64,000 bases of DNA from Octopus vulgaris (taxonomy: Eukaryota). Position 1 is the stretch's first letter. Each line of letters opens with the position of its first letter. A program made the translations under genes and the position numbers. Of this stretch, positions 12,781 to 24,385 are shown piece after piece. Location: the NCBI GenBank assembly GCA_951406725.2, contig OX597836.1, positions 310,001-374,000 of the forward strand, read 5' to 3'. Below the pieces are notes generated by a model that did no database searches, was not told the DNA's origin, and saw nothing but the letters and a program-made list of their open reading frames with translations.

Positions 12781-14197
12781 GCAAATACACAGACCGCCTC
12801 TGCCCCCACTCAACCACCTCAAATAATTGTGTTTGAAATAGGGACGAGTCAAATTCACATCTAATGGAATGTCATTTATTGAACTCAAACATTTCTCTGA
12901 GAGTAAAAGGGCACAATGGCCGTGAGGTTGAGATGGTATAATTACCAATTGGATCACAACTTCAGATCTTACTTTGGCCAACATTGTAGAGAATTGAGCA
13001 AGTTACTTAGAGCTACCTGATTGAATAAATACCAGTTATCATTGTTGAGTGGTTAATGGTAGGAAGAGACATTCAGCTTGTGGAAATTATTGGTTCAATA
13101 AACTAACGAAGCTGTCAAATCTCTTGCAAATCACCAGTATCTTAAGAAAGGATTACGCTGGATAATATAATCCTAAGTAGATAAATTTGAATAAAAAATT
13201 GGCTGGAATGTATTTGGTCTCAGGTTTGTTTGATCAGGGCTGAACTTGTGCTAAACCACGACAAATAGCAGTTTCCACTTTGCAAATGAGAGTTGAGTGT
13301 TTTTTAGTGGAAGGAAGGAGGGAAAATAATCTTATTCTGCAAATAACCATTTCACTTGTGATAAGAGGGAAGATGGCTGTAAAACAGTAAAAATAAAATA
13401 CAATTTTGAAATGAGTTGATTAAAATATTGGTCTGTCTTCATTAACTTCTAAAAAATTTTTTGCATCCTGGTCATCATTAAGCCATCATCTCTTTTCACA
13501 CAGACTTCCACACACACATACCTTCTCCAGCCATCTCCCTGTGTTGTGTCCCAGAGAGAGAGAGAGGGGGGGGGGGGGGCTGGAGGGTGTTCAATGTGTA
13601 AACTGCACAAATAGGGAGTTTGAGCAATATTTAACTTCCAGATCACTTGTACTGTGCTCACAACCAAATGTAAGATATATGATATGTACGGAAAGATTAG
13701 AAATTTTCATCTGTTGAGGTTAATATTCCAGAAAACTATAATCTTTTTTAAATTAACAATGTGATTATAAGTTTGTTGATTGATTCTTGGAGCAATTAGC
13801 CAGGCACTTCACGTTCACACGATTCCAGTGAACTCAGCTGAAGAAATGAGCAGCAGTCCTCTGCTGAAGGAGCTTTCTTTCTTTGTTTTTGTAACATCCC
13901 AGATGTCTCACTGAATCAACGGTTGGAAAGAGGTTTGTGCCTGCTTCTTACGCAGAACACCTAAAACAACTGGCAAACGCTTGGCACATACCACCAAGTC
14001 ATACTTATTTGCAAGTGACAGTTTTTCATTTTTCATTTTCCTTTCTCAACACGTCTTCCTTAGAATTTTCTGAAGAACAGCTTAATCCTGAAATGCCAAA
14101 GACTCTTCCACTTCTTAATCTTTCATTGAGTCTTAAACGAAGAGTTACATTTATTTTCTCTTTGCTTTCAGTGTTGTTAAATTCATTGTTCATTCTG

Positions 14198-14245
<48 letters not shown>

Positions 14246-14299
14246 GTTATTGTATTCTTCTCTGTATTATTTAATATTTATTTATATGTTATTTTCCAG

Positions 14300-14393
14300 A
14301 TTATTTGCTGAGCAACAGTACTTTGACAGCAATGGTCTATTTATCTCGCTTGTGTTCTCAGTACCAATACTTTTGAATTGTTTGGTTATAGTT
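14300..14393 (+). CDS. TMEM18: TMEM18 coding exon: (R)[31 protein letters not shown]
   Basis: ttttccag acceptor and gtatgt donor; 94 nt, phase 2 to 0. Carries the signature QYFDS.G.FIS.VFS.P.L.N. Confidence 0.95.
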
Positions 14394-14559
14394 GTATGTA
14401 TTATTGCTTTTTGCTACCTTAATATTCCATAAAACTGCCATCATTTAATTAGCTGTTATCATTTCTTCTATCTTAATATTCCAGTAATTATTTCACTACA
14501 AAGTGTTCTCTTGATATGTGATCAGTGCTTTAACATCGACTTGTGATGTCTCACATACC

Positions 14560-15010
14560 TTGAAAACCAAGTTCCCTCAATCTGTGATGGTCTTTGGGTG
14601 TGTCTCTAGTGAGAGTGATGTCATGCAAACCGAACTCCTTTGAAGAGGACTATAGGGTCAATTCAGACAGCTTTGTGAGACGGTGGTCAAATCCAGGCTG
14701 GATAGGGTTGCTGCTGGAAGGTTATATGTGTGGCAGCAGGATTTGGTTCCTTGCCATACCTCTGGACAGAGTCAGAAATGGTTGTCAGAGAATTTCTATG
14801 ACTTCAGCAGCCAACTTCTGGTCTTGTAATCCCATGGATTACTATGTATGGGTTGCAGGAGAGAAAGACAGCAACTGCTCCACCGGAAACACCAAGATCA
14901 AAGAGGTGCACTAAGATATTCCCAGGGTCACAGTGAGGAATGCATGTGTCAGATTCCAGAGCTGTCTTGAGGCCCTGGGGGAAAGTGAGGCCAGCTACTT
15001 TGAGTAATAT
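14560..15010 (+). mobile_element. maT-like transposase fragment
   Basis: TKFPQSVMVFGCVSSE, GRLYVWQQDLVPCH and NPMDYYVW across frames. Confidence 0.8.
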
Positions 15011-15289
15011 AATGTGTGTGTGAGAGGGAGAGAGAGAGAGAGAGCTTTAACTGCCTCTTTACCTTGACATTGCATAGTAGTTGAAAACAAGTATCACCAT
15101 TACACAAGCATTGCTATTTGTTTTCAGTTTTCTGTAAAAACACATATGGTTATGGGGAAATATGACCTTAATTGGAAAGAAGTAAAGGTTGGTGACAGGA
15201 AAGGCATCTAGCTGTAGAAAATCTGCCTCAACAAATTCTGCCTGACTGATATGAGTATGGAAAAGTGTTAAAATGATGAGAAATATATA

Positions 15290-15535
15290 TTTATGCCAGC
15301 ATTGCTTCCACCCTGGAAGGAGCTGCCTTAACAGCTTCTGCTGTTTTATGTTGAAACAATCTATGAATTGCTCAAATGTGGATGTGATATATCTTGCTTT
15401 TGTAAAGGCCTTTGATAAACTTGATCATGGGATATGTCACAAGCTACAGAGACTTGGGATAGTCTGAAAACAAGGAGAGTAGATACATGAATTCTTAAAA
15501 AACAGAAACCAGCTTGTGGCAGCCAATGGGCAAGT
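15290..15535 (+). mobile_element. CR1/L2-group LINE RT fragment
   Basis: QHCFHPGRSCL...NVDVIYLAFVKAFDKLDHG...HKLQRLGI, the conserved RT domain motifs. Confidence 0.8.
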
Positions 15536-15577
15536 GTCTTCTACTATAGCCTTAGACCAAAGCCTTGTGAGTGGATT

Positions 15578-15990
15578 TCATCATCATCATCATCATCGTT
15601 TAGCATCCGCTTTCCATGCTAGCATGGGTTGGACGGTTCAACTGGGGTCTGGGAAGCCAGAAGGCTGCACCAGGCCAGTCAGATCTGGCGGTGTTTCTAC
15701 AGCTTGATGCCCTTCCTAACGCCAATCACTCCATGAGTGTAGTGGGTGCTTTTTACGTGCCACCGGCACAGGTGCCAGACGAGTCTGGCAAACGGCCATG
15801 ATCGGATGGTGCTTTTTATGTGCCACCGGCACGGGGGCCAGGCGGGGCTGGCAACGGCCACAAACGGATGGTGCTTTTTACGTGCCACAGGCACAAGGCC
15901 AGACGGGGCGGCGCTGGCAACGGCCACGTTTGGATGGTTCTCTCACGTGCCACCAGCACTGGTATCACAGCTGCAATTTCCATTGATCGA
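15578..15990 (-). mobile_element. Young RTE 3' end with four 62-66 bp tandem units
   Basis: (cat)n tail; units start at 15745, 15808, 15870 and 15936; CpGs are retained. Confidence 0.85.
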
Positions 15991-16078
15991 TTTCGATCCT
16001 GATTCTCACTTGCCTCAACAGCAGAAACTGAAAGAAGCCCGTTATATATATATATATATAAAACAAGGTGTATGTACG

Positions 16079-16119
<41 letters not shown>

Positions 16120-16124
<5 letters not shown>

Positions 16125-16393
16125 CAAAATGGGACAAGAACGCAAAACATTCAAATAGACGATACAAAAAACATTTTTTGACTCTCTGACTATAGTTATT
16201 TTGACTATTGAAAAGGTTGCAAGACGCAACGAAAATTTTAGGAAAATAAAAATAAGAAATAAGTGGAAATTTTACCAGTGAGTGTGTTACATTATAAGGC
16301 ACAAAAGGAAAATGACTCTCCCCAGACATAACAGAATATGCTTCAACACACGAACCCATATAAAGAATCTTGCAAACCAAATCCCAAAACGAA

Positions 16394-16395
<2 letters not shown>
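16120..16395. repeat. AT-rich interspersed repeat embedded in (TA)n; second copy at 62635-62824
   Basis: ctattgaaaaggttgca...gaatatgcttcaacac...aagaatcttgcaaaccaaatcc is shared with the 62.7 kb copy. Confidence 0.85.
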
Positions 16396-16453
<58 letters not shown>

Positions 16454-16872
16454 TCTTTTTACTTGTTTCAGTCATTAGACTTGGCCATGCTGGGGCACCA
16501 CCTTGAATTTATAGTCAAATGAATTGACCCCAGTACTTAATTTTGATAAGCCTGGTCCCTATTTTATTGGTCTCTTGTCAAGCAGTGGTGGGGACACATA
16601 CACATATATACATACACGTTGGGCTTCTTTCAATTTCCTTCTACCAAATCCACTCACAAGGCTTTGCTCAGTCCACACAGTGAGACTGAACCTGGAACCA
16701 CGTGGTTGGGAAGCAAACTTCCTACCACACACACACACACCTGCTTCTCAGTCTCTGTCCATATATTATTTGCCTGTCGTCCAGCCATGTCCAGCCATTA
16801 ATGACTATCGCCAATTTGTCTAATTTTTCTTTATACTAGTTTGTTTACTTGTCTGTCTGTTTATTTATTTAG

Positions 16873-17016
16873 ATTCTCTGGCTGTGGAATGTCGGACACT
16901 TGATTGCTGATGTGAAAAGGCTGAAATACAAAGTGAAAGCCAAATACCAAAGCAAAGTTGATAAATCAGAAAAAAACCCTGAACAACAGACAGAAGAAAG
17001 CCAAAAAGAGAAATGA
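16873..17016 (+). CDS. TMEM18: TMEM18 last coding exon: ILWLWNVGHLIADVKRLKYKVKAKYQSKVDKSEKNPEQQTEESQKEK*
   Basis: ttatttatttag acceptor, phase 0, open to TGA at 17014-17016. W.W motif followed by a charged tail, as in TMEM18. Confidence 0.9.
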   Translation: MLWLWNVGHLIADVKRLKYKVKAKYQSKVDKSEKNPEQQTEESQKEK

Positions 17017-17486
17017 ATTTAGAAAAGGGAATTAGTTTTTCTTACAAAATATTGCTGTTTAGTGTGAAAATGCACATTTTTTCAATGTCTGTTTTCAACG
17101 AATGATAGTGATTACCACTTTCAGAATTGTATTTTAAATTTACCATTTTATGATCCTTTCTCTTTTAATCAACCTTAATCAATGAAGAAAGTCATCTACC
17201 CTTTTGGAAAATGACTGAATATATTTAGGATTTTCATAAAGAAATTTTGTAACTTATTTAGTTTTGGGAGTAAGAAAAGAAAATGAAAAAATTAAATGTA
17301 TCATTGCAAAACCTATTTGTATTTTCTACAAAATGACATTCATTTATGAGGAATTTCAAGCCAAAACAAAAAAGAGAGAAAAGAAAAAATCGTTTTATTA
17401 TCAACTAAAAACTTAGATTTTATCTTACTCTTCAGAAGACAAAATTTTGGTTTTATGCTTATGTAGTAGAAATTTTAAAAAAATGG

Positions 17487-17492
17487 AATAAA
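17487..17492 (+). promoter_or_regulatory. Candidate polyadenylation signal of TMEM18
   Basis: AATAAA about 470 nt after the stop codon, followed by a T/GT-rich tract at ~17515-17540. Confidence 0.45.
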
Positions 17493-17819
17493 ATGTAATA
17501 TTTTTATAGCAAATCTTTTGTATTTGTTTTTTTGTTTTAAAACAATGCTTGGTTATTGTTTAACCCTAGGCCAAGCTGGATTCAGCCTATGTGACCAAAG
17601 TTGTTTGATCAGTGACCATCTTGTCTGTGCTTAGCATATAATGGTATCTAAGATTACATTATAATGAATACATGTGTCTTCTTTTCTTTTTTAGAAATTA
17701 GAATGTAAAAGAGAACAATTTGGCTGATGTTTGTAGCAGGTCAGGCAATTGCATAGAACTTCTATTGGTTCAAAAACATTATTTTCTTTGGAGAATGAAG
17801 ATTGTATTAGTTTGAGCTT

Positions 17820-17854
<35 letters not shown>

Positions 17855-18711
17855 CATGTGTGTGTGTAATAGTATAATAGTGAATATAAAATTATTGCAG
17901 GTGGAATTGGTGGGCCACAGTTGGCAATGTTGTTTTTAAGCCTAGAACAGTCTTAATTGAGCAGACCTATGCTAAAAGACATTCCACCTATGAACATCAT
18001 GTTATTTTTTCAGTCCACATTATCAAATATGTTCTTCCTTCTTTAAATTTCATAAGCTGTAAAGTGGTTGGTGTTAAGAAGTTGCATTCAACTGTAGAAA
18101 CCATGCTAAAGTAGACAATGTAGCTTGTTATAGGCCTCGGGTTTGTCAGCTCCTGTCAAAGTCTCTAACCCATTCCAGCATGGAAGATCTGTTAAATAAG
18201 GATGTGATTTGAGGGAATGTTGACTGCATTTCTGGTAGGATGAGCAACAAGATATTGACTCTTTGTTGGCTCAGAGGCAGTGTCTAGATTAAATCTCGGG
18301 GACAAAACTGTCATTGTTGCTTGGGCATTAAAAAATGGAAGCCATTTCTACTTCAAGACCAAATAGTTGGTGATGGAAAGAAATATTTGCTGAGTCTTTG
18401 TAGCTATTAGAAGATATGGAATTGGTCAAGTTACACCTTTCTACCATTCCAAAGACAGGTCACCAGTCAAGTTGTACTGTCATACCTTTCAGAATAGACG
18501 AGACGAGCGAACCATTCAAAAGAAGAAAGAAAAAGACTTTAAAATAAAGAAGCTGAAATAACATTAAGATAAAACCCTCAAGTTGTTTAACCTGCAAGAA
18601 ATAGCAGCTAAACCTCCTTCCCATCACAGTCTACCATTTAAAAGGAAGAACCAACTGGATCATTGCACTTATTTGAAACCAAGGCTGGATGGTGAAGTCT
18701 TGACTCTATAG

Positions 18712-18886
18712 CAGGGGGTCTCCAAACTTTTTAGATTATCAACCCCCTTCATGGAATCCTTAACCCTTTAATGACCCCTAGGCATGTATTAGAAAATAAA
18801 TATGTATTAGTGATAATTGAGTAGATGTGCATTTTAGGCATCTATCGACCCTCAGGGGTCGATATTGACCACTTTGGAGACCCTTG
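18712..18886. mobile_element. hAT-type MITE (175 bp)
   Basis: TIRs cagggggtctccaaa and tttggagacccttg; 8-bp TSD ctctatag/ccctatag with one mismatch. Confidence 0.85.
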
Positions 18887-18899
18887 CCCTATAGTAAGA

Positions 18900-19140
18900 T
18901 GGCAAGGTTTGAATTTCATGTATATTCCCTCTACAAGAACGGCCGAGTTTCCAATCTTTAAAGTAATCTTCCTTCAAAAACAGTGTGACAAGAGTATCCC
19001 ATTGAATTACAGGCACAATCCATCTTGTAATTATTGTGAAAGAGGCTGAGGATTTGACAGACACTTTTAGCCTAAGCATTATTCAATGAGGATCAATGCA
19101 ATGCCTTCTGAATTTCAGGGTCATTGTATCTGGTGAGCTT
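18900..19140 (+). mobile_element. Very decayed CR1-group RT fragment
   Basis: PIFK...DKSIPLNYR resembles the RT-proximal P..K.G......NYRPIS motif. Confidence 0.4.
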
Positions 19141-19578
19141 CAAAGCAATTTCTGTCTTCCTCATTTCACTCAAAAACATTGGATAGATTTAAGAGGGAGA
19201 ATACACTGGCCCAGAGTGTCATGCAATGAGTTTGAAACCAAGAAATTTTGATTCTGGAATAACTCAGAAAATACGTAAAACTATTTTGAAAAATCCACTG
19301 TCAGAAATAAAGAATGTCAGAGTTATTTCCCCTGGCAATTGTCTTTTTGAATAGAAATGACCCCGACGTTCAAACGTTTAAACCTAATTGCTGAAAAGAA
19401 ACAAACCCTAAATAATTGTGATGCCCCAGCATGGCCTCAGCCTTTGGGCTACTACACATAAAACGGTAAAAATAACATTCACAACTATTTACTAAAATGA
19501 TTTCACTTTGATTTACCCGATGTGTTGCTATATCTAACCAGATGTCTTCCTATCTTCTATCCGTACAGCTACACTAGC

Positions 19579-19939
19579 GGTGGAGGCGCAATGGCCCAGT
19601 GGTTCGGAGAATCGCGTTTTCGATTCCCAGACCAGGCGTTGTGTGTGTTTATTGAGCAAAAACACTTAAAGCTTCACGAGGCTCCGGCAGGGGGTGGTGT
19701 CGACCCCTGTTGTACTCTTTCGCTCCAACTTTCTCTCACTCTTTCTTCTTGTTTTGTCCCCGACTTCCTACGCAACCGCTGAGCCTGGATGCGCATTCAT
19801 CCATCCATCGATGCTCTCGGTGTCGGGGTTGACCCGCTTTCTCTTCTGCGGGTCTTACGAATAGGAAAGGACCACGTTTCGGACTTCTCCCGCTACAGCT
19901 GGGACGAAGACCGCTTCGCTCAACAAACAAGCAAACAAC
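19579..19939 (+). mobile_element. Young tRNA-derived SINE with TSD
   Basis: A-box TGGCCCAGTGG, B-box-like TTCGATTCCC, (CAAA)n tail, TSD ctacactagc (19569-19578) / ctacaccagc (19940-19949); CpG-rich. Confidence 0.85.
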
Positions 19940-20199
19940 CTACACCAGCAGATTGAAGATTTAGAAATGGTTCAACGCCAAAGCCTTTAACTTTTATTTC
20001 ATTGTCTGTCACAATATTCTATTATATGACATTCAAAATCGTGTAACTGCTTTCTACACCTGGGTTCCTTTCAATCAACACACACACACTCTCTCTCTCT
20101 CTCTCTCTTTCACTCACTCTCATTAATGGCATAAAAGTGCATGCATTGAGGGAATTTCAAAAATATATAAACAAACTACACTTTTTGCTATCCAATTAT

Positions 20200-20725
20200 G
20201 GATCGTTTCCTTTTGAACGGCACACAATTTCTAGTTAACTAAACACTTTAAAACTTCGTATAATGGTAGAATGTGTCAAAATAAAACATTTTTTTTCTCT
20301 TAGCTTTCTTGATAAAATTGTAATTCGTTTGTTTAACGTAGTTTAAGTTTTCGAATTTTAACCAATGAATCGCCTCTAATTGAGCTAAAATCATTTGCTG
20401 CGTCTAAAACTGAGACAACATCCTGTCACTAACCCTAACCCTAACCCTAAATTTTAGGGTTAGGATGAGGTGTAGGGTTAGTGACAGGATGTTGTCTCAG
20501 TTTTAGACGCAGCAAATGATTTTAGCTCAATGGCGGTAATCGATTGGTTAAAATTGCCGAAATGCTCAAAATTTCAGACGAAATATCTTACAAACTATAG
20601 AATTTTCTCAATAAAACCAAGAGAAAATGATGCTTTATAAACACATTCTACCAGTATACGAAGTTTAAAACTTTTTAGTTACCTAGAAATTATGTTACAA
20701 AGTGCTGTTCAAAAGGAAAAGATCC
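20200..20725. mobile_element. Foldback non-autonomous DNA transposon with a telomeric-repeat core
   Basis: Whole element is an inverted repeat (ggatc...gatcc); 8-bp TSD ccaattat/ccagttat; centre (taaccc)3...ttagggttagg. Confidence 0.88.
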
Positions 20726-20874
20726 CCAGTTATTTGCAAAACTATTGATACCTCTTTGACTCACCTACGTATTACCTACCTATCCACCTACCCTACCTAT
20801 CCACCTACCTACTTATGTATCTATCAGTCTGCCTCTCTGCCATCATGTTTCACTTTATCTTCCAAAATATCTTT

Positions 20875-21360
20875 TAAAGACAGAAATTCATAGACATGCT
20901 ATATGGATTATCATGCACATTTTCTTCTTTTCTATTCACCACAACAATGTCAGGTTTCTGGTGTCTAATCTGATGGTTACACCAAATCATTGCATCCCAC
21001 AGGATTTTGCTTTCTTCATTCTCAGATTTAGTCTTACCACATCTTTGATCTTTCAAGGCCATAATTTCCACAGATCTCCCAATGGATCATGCTTACCACA
21101 TTGTCATGCTGTCTTTCATATCCATGTTGTGCCAAATTTGGGATTTTACTAACAATGTGCCCTGCTGTTTTATCCCTCTTACTTCTACATTAACTTCTAT
21201 ATTAATGGAAGGCAAGAAAATGGTCCATAATTGTTGGCAGCTTTTCCTTTTGATACATCCTTCAGACACAACGCTGTTTATTCTTTGGTCACCCATCCTG
21301 GAATTTTGTCTGCTCCATCAATGCATCAATTTCTCTGCAATCAATAATTGGTACCTACTG
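20875..21360 (-). mobile_element. R4/Dong-like restriction-like endonuclease region fragment
   Basis: ENEESKILWD...HQKPDIVVVNRK, the typical ILWD...RPDIV motif. Confidence 0.75.
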
Positions 21361-21599
21361 AACTTTTTTTTATCTAAAATCCCTGTATACCATCATCACC
21401 ACCACCATCACTGCCTCCACACCACCACCACCATCGTCATTATTATTATTATTATTGACAGGTAAGTTCATGCCTGACTTTTGGCAGGCAGGAATTGAAT
21501 TAAAGTTAGATGTGTGAAACTAGTCTCACCTGGAAATGGGCTGAGAGAAAGATGTCCTAAAAGACCAGGAAGAGGTGCAAGTGTATTCATCATTTTTAT

Positions 21600-22430
21600 T
21601 ATTTACAGCCATCTGAGCATCACGCTTTGTCAATAGTTTTCATTTGATCAGACTGAAGTGTCTGTTCTGTCAGCTTTTGTAGAAAGGATGTTTTCTATGG
21701 TCAGAACATTCATCTGAGGCGAACACCTTCTGCATGCAAAGCTCAGTGTGTTATGAATGACAAGGCACAGACATATTCTAAGGTTGCAGTCTCTGCAGAG
21801 ATTCCTGGATCGTGAGTGGGTTGAGTTGTCTTTTGTCACAGATGTATTTCTACAGTTCGTTTCTTCTGACTGATTGAACAGCATTCCAAATGTCAGGCAC
21901 CCATTTTGGTGAAGCAAAGACCAAAATAGATGCCTGGCTTCTAGAATGTTGTCAAAGACTCACAGTTCTCTTCCAGTCAATCAATGTCAATCCTCACATT
22001 CTTTAGAAGATTAGTGATGGTTAAGAGTAATGAAGTTGTCTGGAGACTTTCAGAGTTTGTGGAAAACTACTGAACTATATAATTAAGAAGAATTTCAACC
22101 CAGGAACTACAGACAGCTACTAGAAACTCCTGACTTGGCCCTGCTAATAGGGGGTTTTGAATAAGTCTACAGGCATGAAGTGTCAATAGCGAACGTGGAT
22201 CAAAATCCATGCAAAGCAATAAAACCATTCTAAATGTATTTGTTCAGTGTCTGAGTTTTGCTGAATTACATGAAATAGCTGTTGTTGTTGTTGTGTAGAA
22301 CAAATCCAAATATCAACAAAGTCAACCGTGAGAATCACTCCATCATCTGCCTTCCTTTCATTAGAAATGGTCGATGGTTTTTTTTTCCTCTGTCTGGTTG
22401 CCAAAAATGAAGGCGATTTTATGGTAGATA
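21600..22430 (-). mobile_element. Ancient, heavily decayed RTE-BovB-like RT fragment
   Basis: Frame-hopping similarity only: STISNE.K..GVIL, IHVRY, ISQKKRTVE...QPTHDPGIS.ETATLEYV. Colinear with the clearer copy at 63678. Confidence 0.45.
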
Positions 22431-23528
22431 AGACTGAAAATATTAAAAACAGATACTTTTCTTTTTAATCAAACTCCCCAGAACACATCTAATACCCTAG
22501 AACACTTCTATGATTCTTCAGAATATTCCTGTAGCAACTCAATATGTAATCAATACTTCAGAATGCATTCACAATTCCTAGCGATAACAAAATACTTACA
22601 TGAGATTTGAACCTGTGCACCATGAATTGGCTGTTCAGTAAATTACTTGTTTGGTCATGTGACTTTTACTTCAAGCTAATGAAGGAATCTCTATGTGGTT
22701 AAGCTGAATGCTAGAAATAATAGCAAAATCTGCCTTATTGTCATAAAAAAGTAAGAACTATTTAACAATTTGGTTGTTGATATGATAAAAGGTGGTGGTC
22801 ATGGCTGGAATAACTTTTATCATACATCTGCATAATCAAAGCTGATCCTGAGTTAAACAACAGTAACAAGGATAACAGCAGCACCAACAGCAGCAACAGC
22901 AGCCTCCAGATATCTTTATCCGGTTGACTAAGTAAATCTCTTAATTACCAAAAATAATTTGTTTGCCTGCTTACGTATACAAAGAGAAGCAGGCGTACAA
23001 ATGCACCAGACGCCTTGCCAACTTACACCTACCTATGCACACCACACCTACTGATCTACCTCCATCCCCCCCCCCCCCCAGTAAATAAAAGTGAAAGTAA
23101 AGTTTAGGTGGATGATCAGCAACGTAGTACACAGTGCTGCTGAGATCGACCAATATTTTGCAGTCAATCAATGCCTCCTCAACCCGACTGAAAGATCAGG
23201 AAATCCATTGTAAACATAAAATGATTGTTAAGAATTCCACCCCATCAGAAAAAAAAAAAAATGTTTGTGGGTGTGGAGCAATCAAAGTTATTTTTCTGTG
23301 TATTTTATGACAATTTGTGAAAATAGTGTCATTGGTTCCTGGTTTCTAACAGTTTGATCAAAAGTTCACAGCATTTCACCACACAACATGCATCCAGCTG
23401 TACACACACACACATGCAGATATAGTTGTGTGTGTGTGTGTATTTATATATATATATATATTAAATAAAATGAAACAACAAAACCAAGGGTGTGTGGAAT
23501 TTATCGGACATTTATGAAGTGAAAGATA

Positions 23529-23576
23529 GTCTTACAGCTGTTTCTGGGATATTAGAGATATCCCTTCTTCAGAGAC
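23529..23576 (-). ncRNA. Minimal type I hammerhead ribozyme motif
   Basis: Minus strand reads GUCU-CUGAAGA-A-GGGAUAU-cucua-AUAUCCC-A-GAAA-CAGCUG-UA-AGAC: 4-bp stem I, conserved core, 7-bp stem II, palindromic stem III (ACAGCUGU), GUA cleavage triplet. Confidence 0.7.
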
Positions 23577-24059
23577 GATGTGAGAGAGTTAACTAGAGGG
23601 AAATAGTAGAGTTCAATATAAGGAGTTATTTTGGAAGAAAGAATTATAAAGGGAAATAAGAGAATAAAAATAAATGTAGGATGTTACAGTTGCAATTGCA
23701 TTATCCGAGGAAACTCGTGTGTAGAATGGGTGGAGAGGCTTCTTGCCCATAGTTATGTAGATTCCGATAGGAGTTCATAGTTTGTTATTATGAGTGGACA
23801 GTGTGGAGACATAAGTTCTGTGTGCTCTGCTGTATGCAAAAGACCTGAAATTTTAGGGGAGAGTATTTGTTGATTACATCAACCCCAGTTTCTCAACTGC
23901 TATTTTTTTTATTGATCCTGAAAGGATGAAAGGCAAAGTCGACCTTGGCAAAATTTGAATGCAGAACATAGAGGCTAATGAAATAGAGTTAAGCATTTTG
24001 CCCAGCACACAAATGATTCTGTGAGTTCACTGCCTTAATGATGGTGATGGCACTCAAGG

Positions 24060-24385
24060 ACAGAACTTTCTTCTCCACTCCCAGTCTCTTTTTCAAGTGA
24101 ATCTTGAAGAGGTCAATGAGAGCTGTCCTTATGCCTTTCTGCCTTGTCCACCATACAACCTCTTTCATCACAGCCACCAGGCAAAGAAAAACCGCCTTGC
24201 CTGCCTAATTGATGGAGAGTGGTGGGGCAATCATCACCAGAGACTTGGCTGACAGATGGATCCATCCCACATGTGACAGCAGCCGTTCGACTTGACCCCA
24301 CAAGTCAACAATGTCTGGACACTGAACAAGTGTGTGCAGAACTGTTTCGTCACTCTGTGGGCACCTTGGACAAGCTCATCAGACA
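24060..24385 (-). mobile_element. L1/Tx1-clade ORF2 C-terminal zinc-binding fragment
   Basis: ACPRCPQSDETVLHTLVQCPDIVDLWGQVE...KEVVWWTR (CxxC...ET..H....C motif). Confidence 0.8.

Noticed and set aside
15745-15960. CRISPR-like repeat/spacer appearance
   Set aside because: The 'spacers' are homologous to each other, the array is part of a LINE 3' UTR repeated across the window, and the context is eukaryotic with no cas genes.
20430-20480. Ancestral telomere-telomere fusion site
   Set aside because: There are only a few repeats, and they are enclosed in a TIR element with a TSD.
21661-21715. hAT dimerisation-like motif SAFVERMFSMV on the + strand
   Set aside because: It is an isolated short match flanked by stops; the opposite strand fits a colinear RTE RT relic better.
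22183-22433. Minus-strand host exons after ttttcag acceptors (also near 31080)
   Set aside because: No coherent protein or donor sites were found; the similarity between the two regions is better explained by LINE ancestry.
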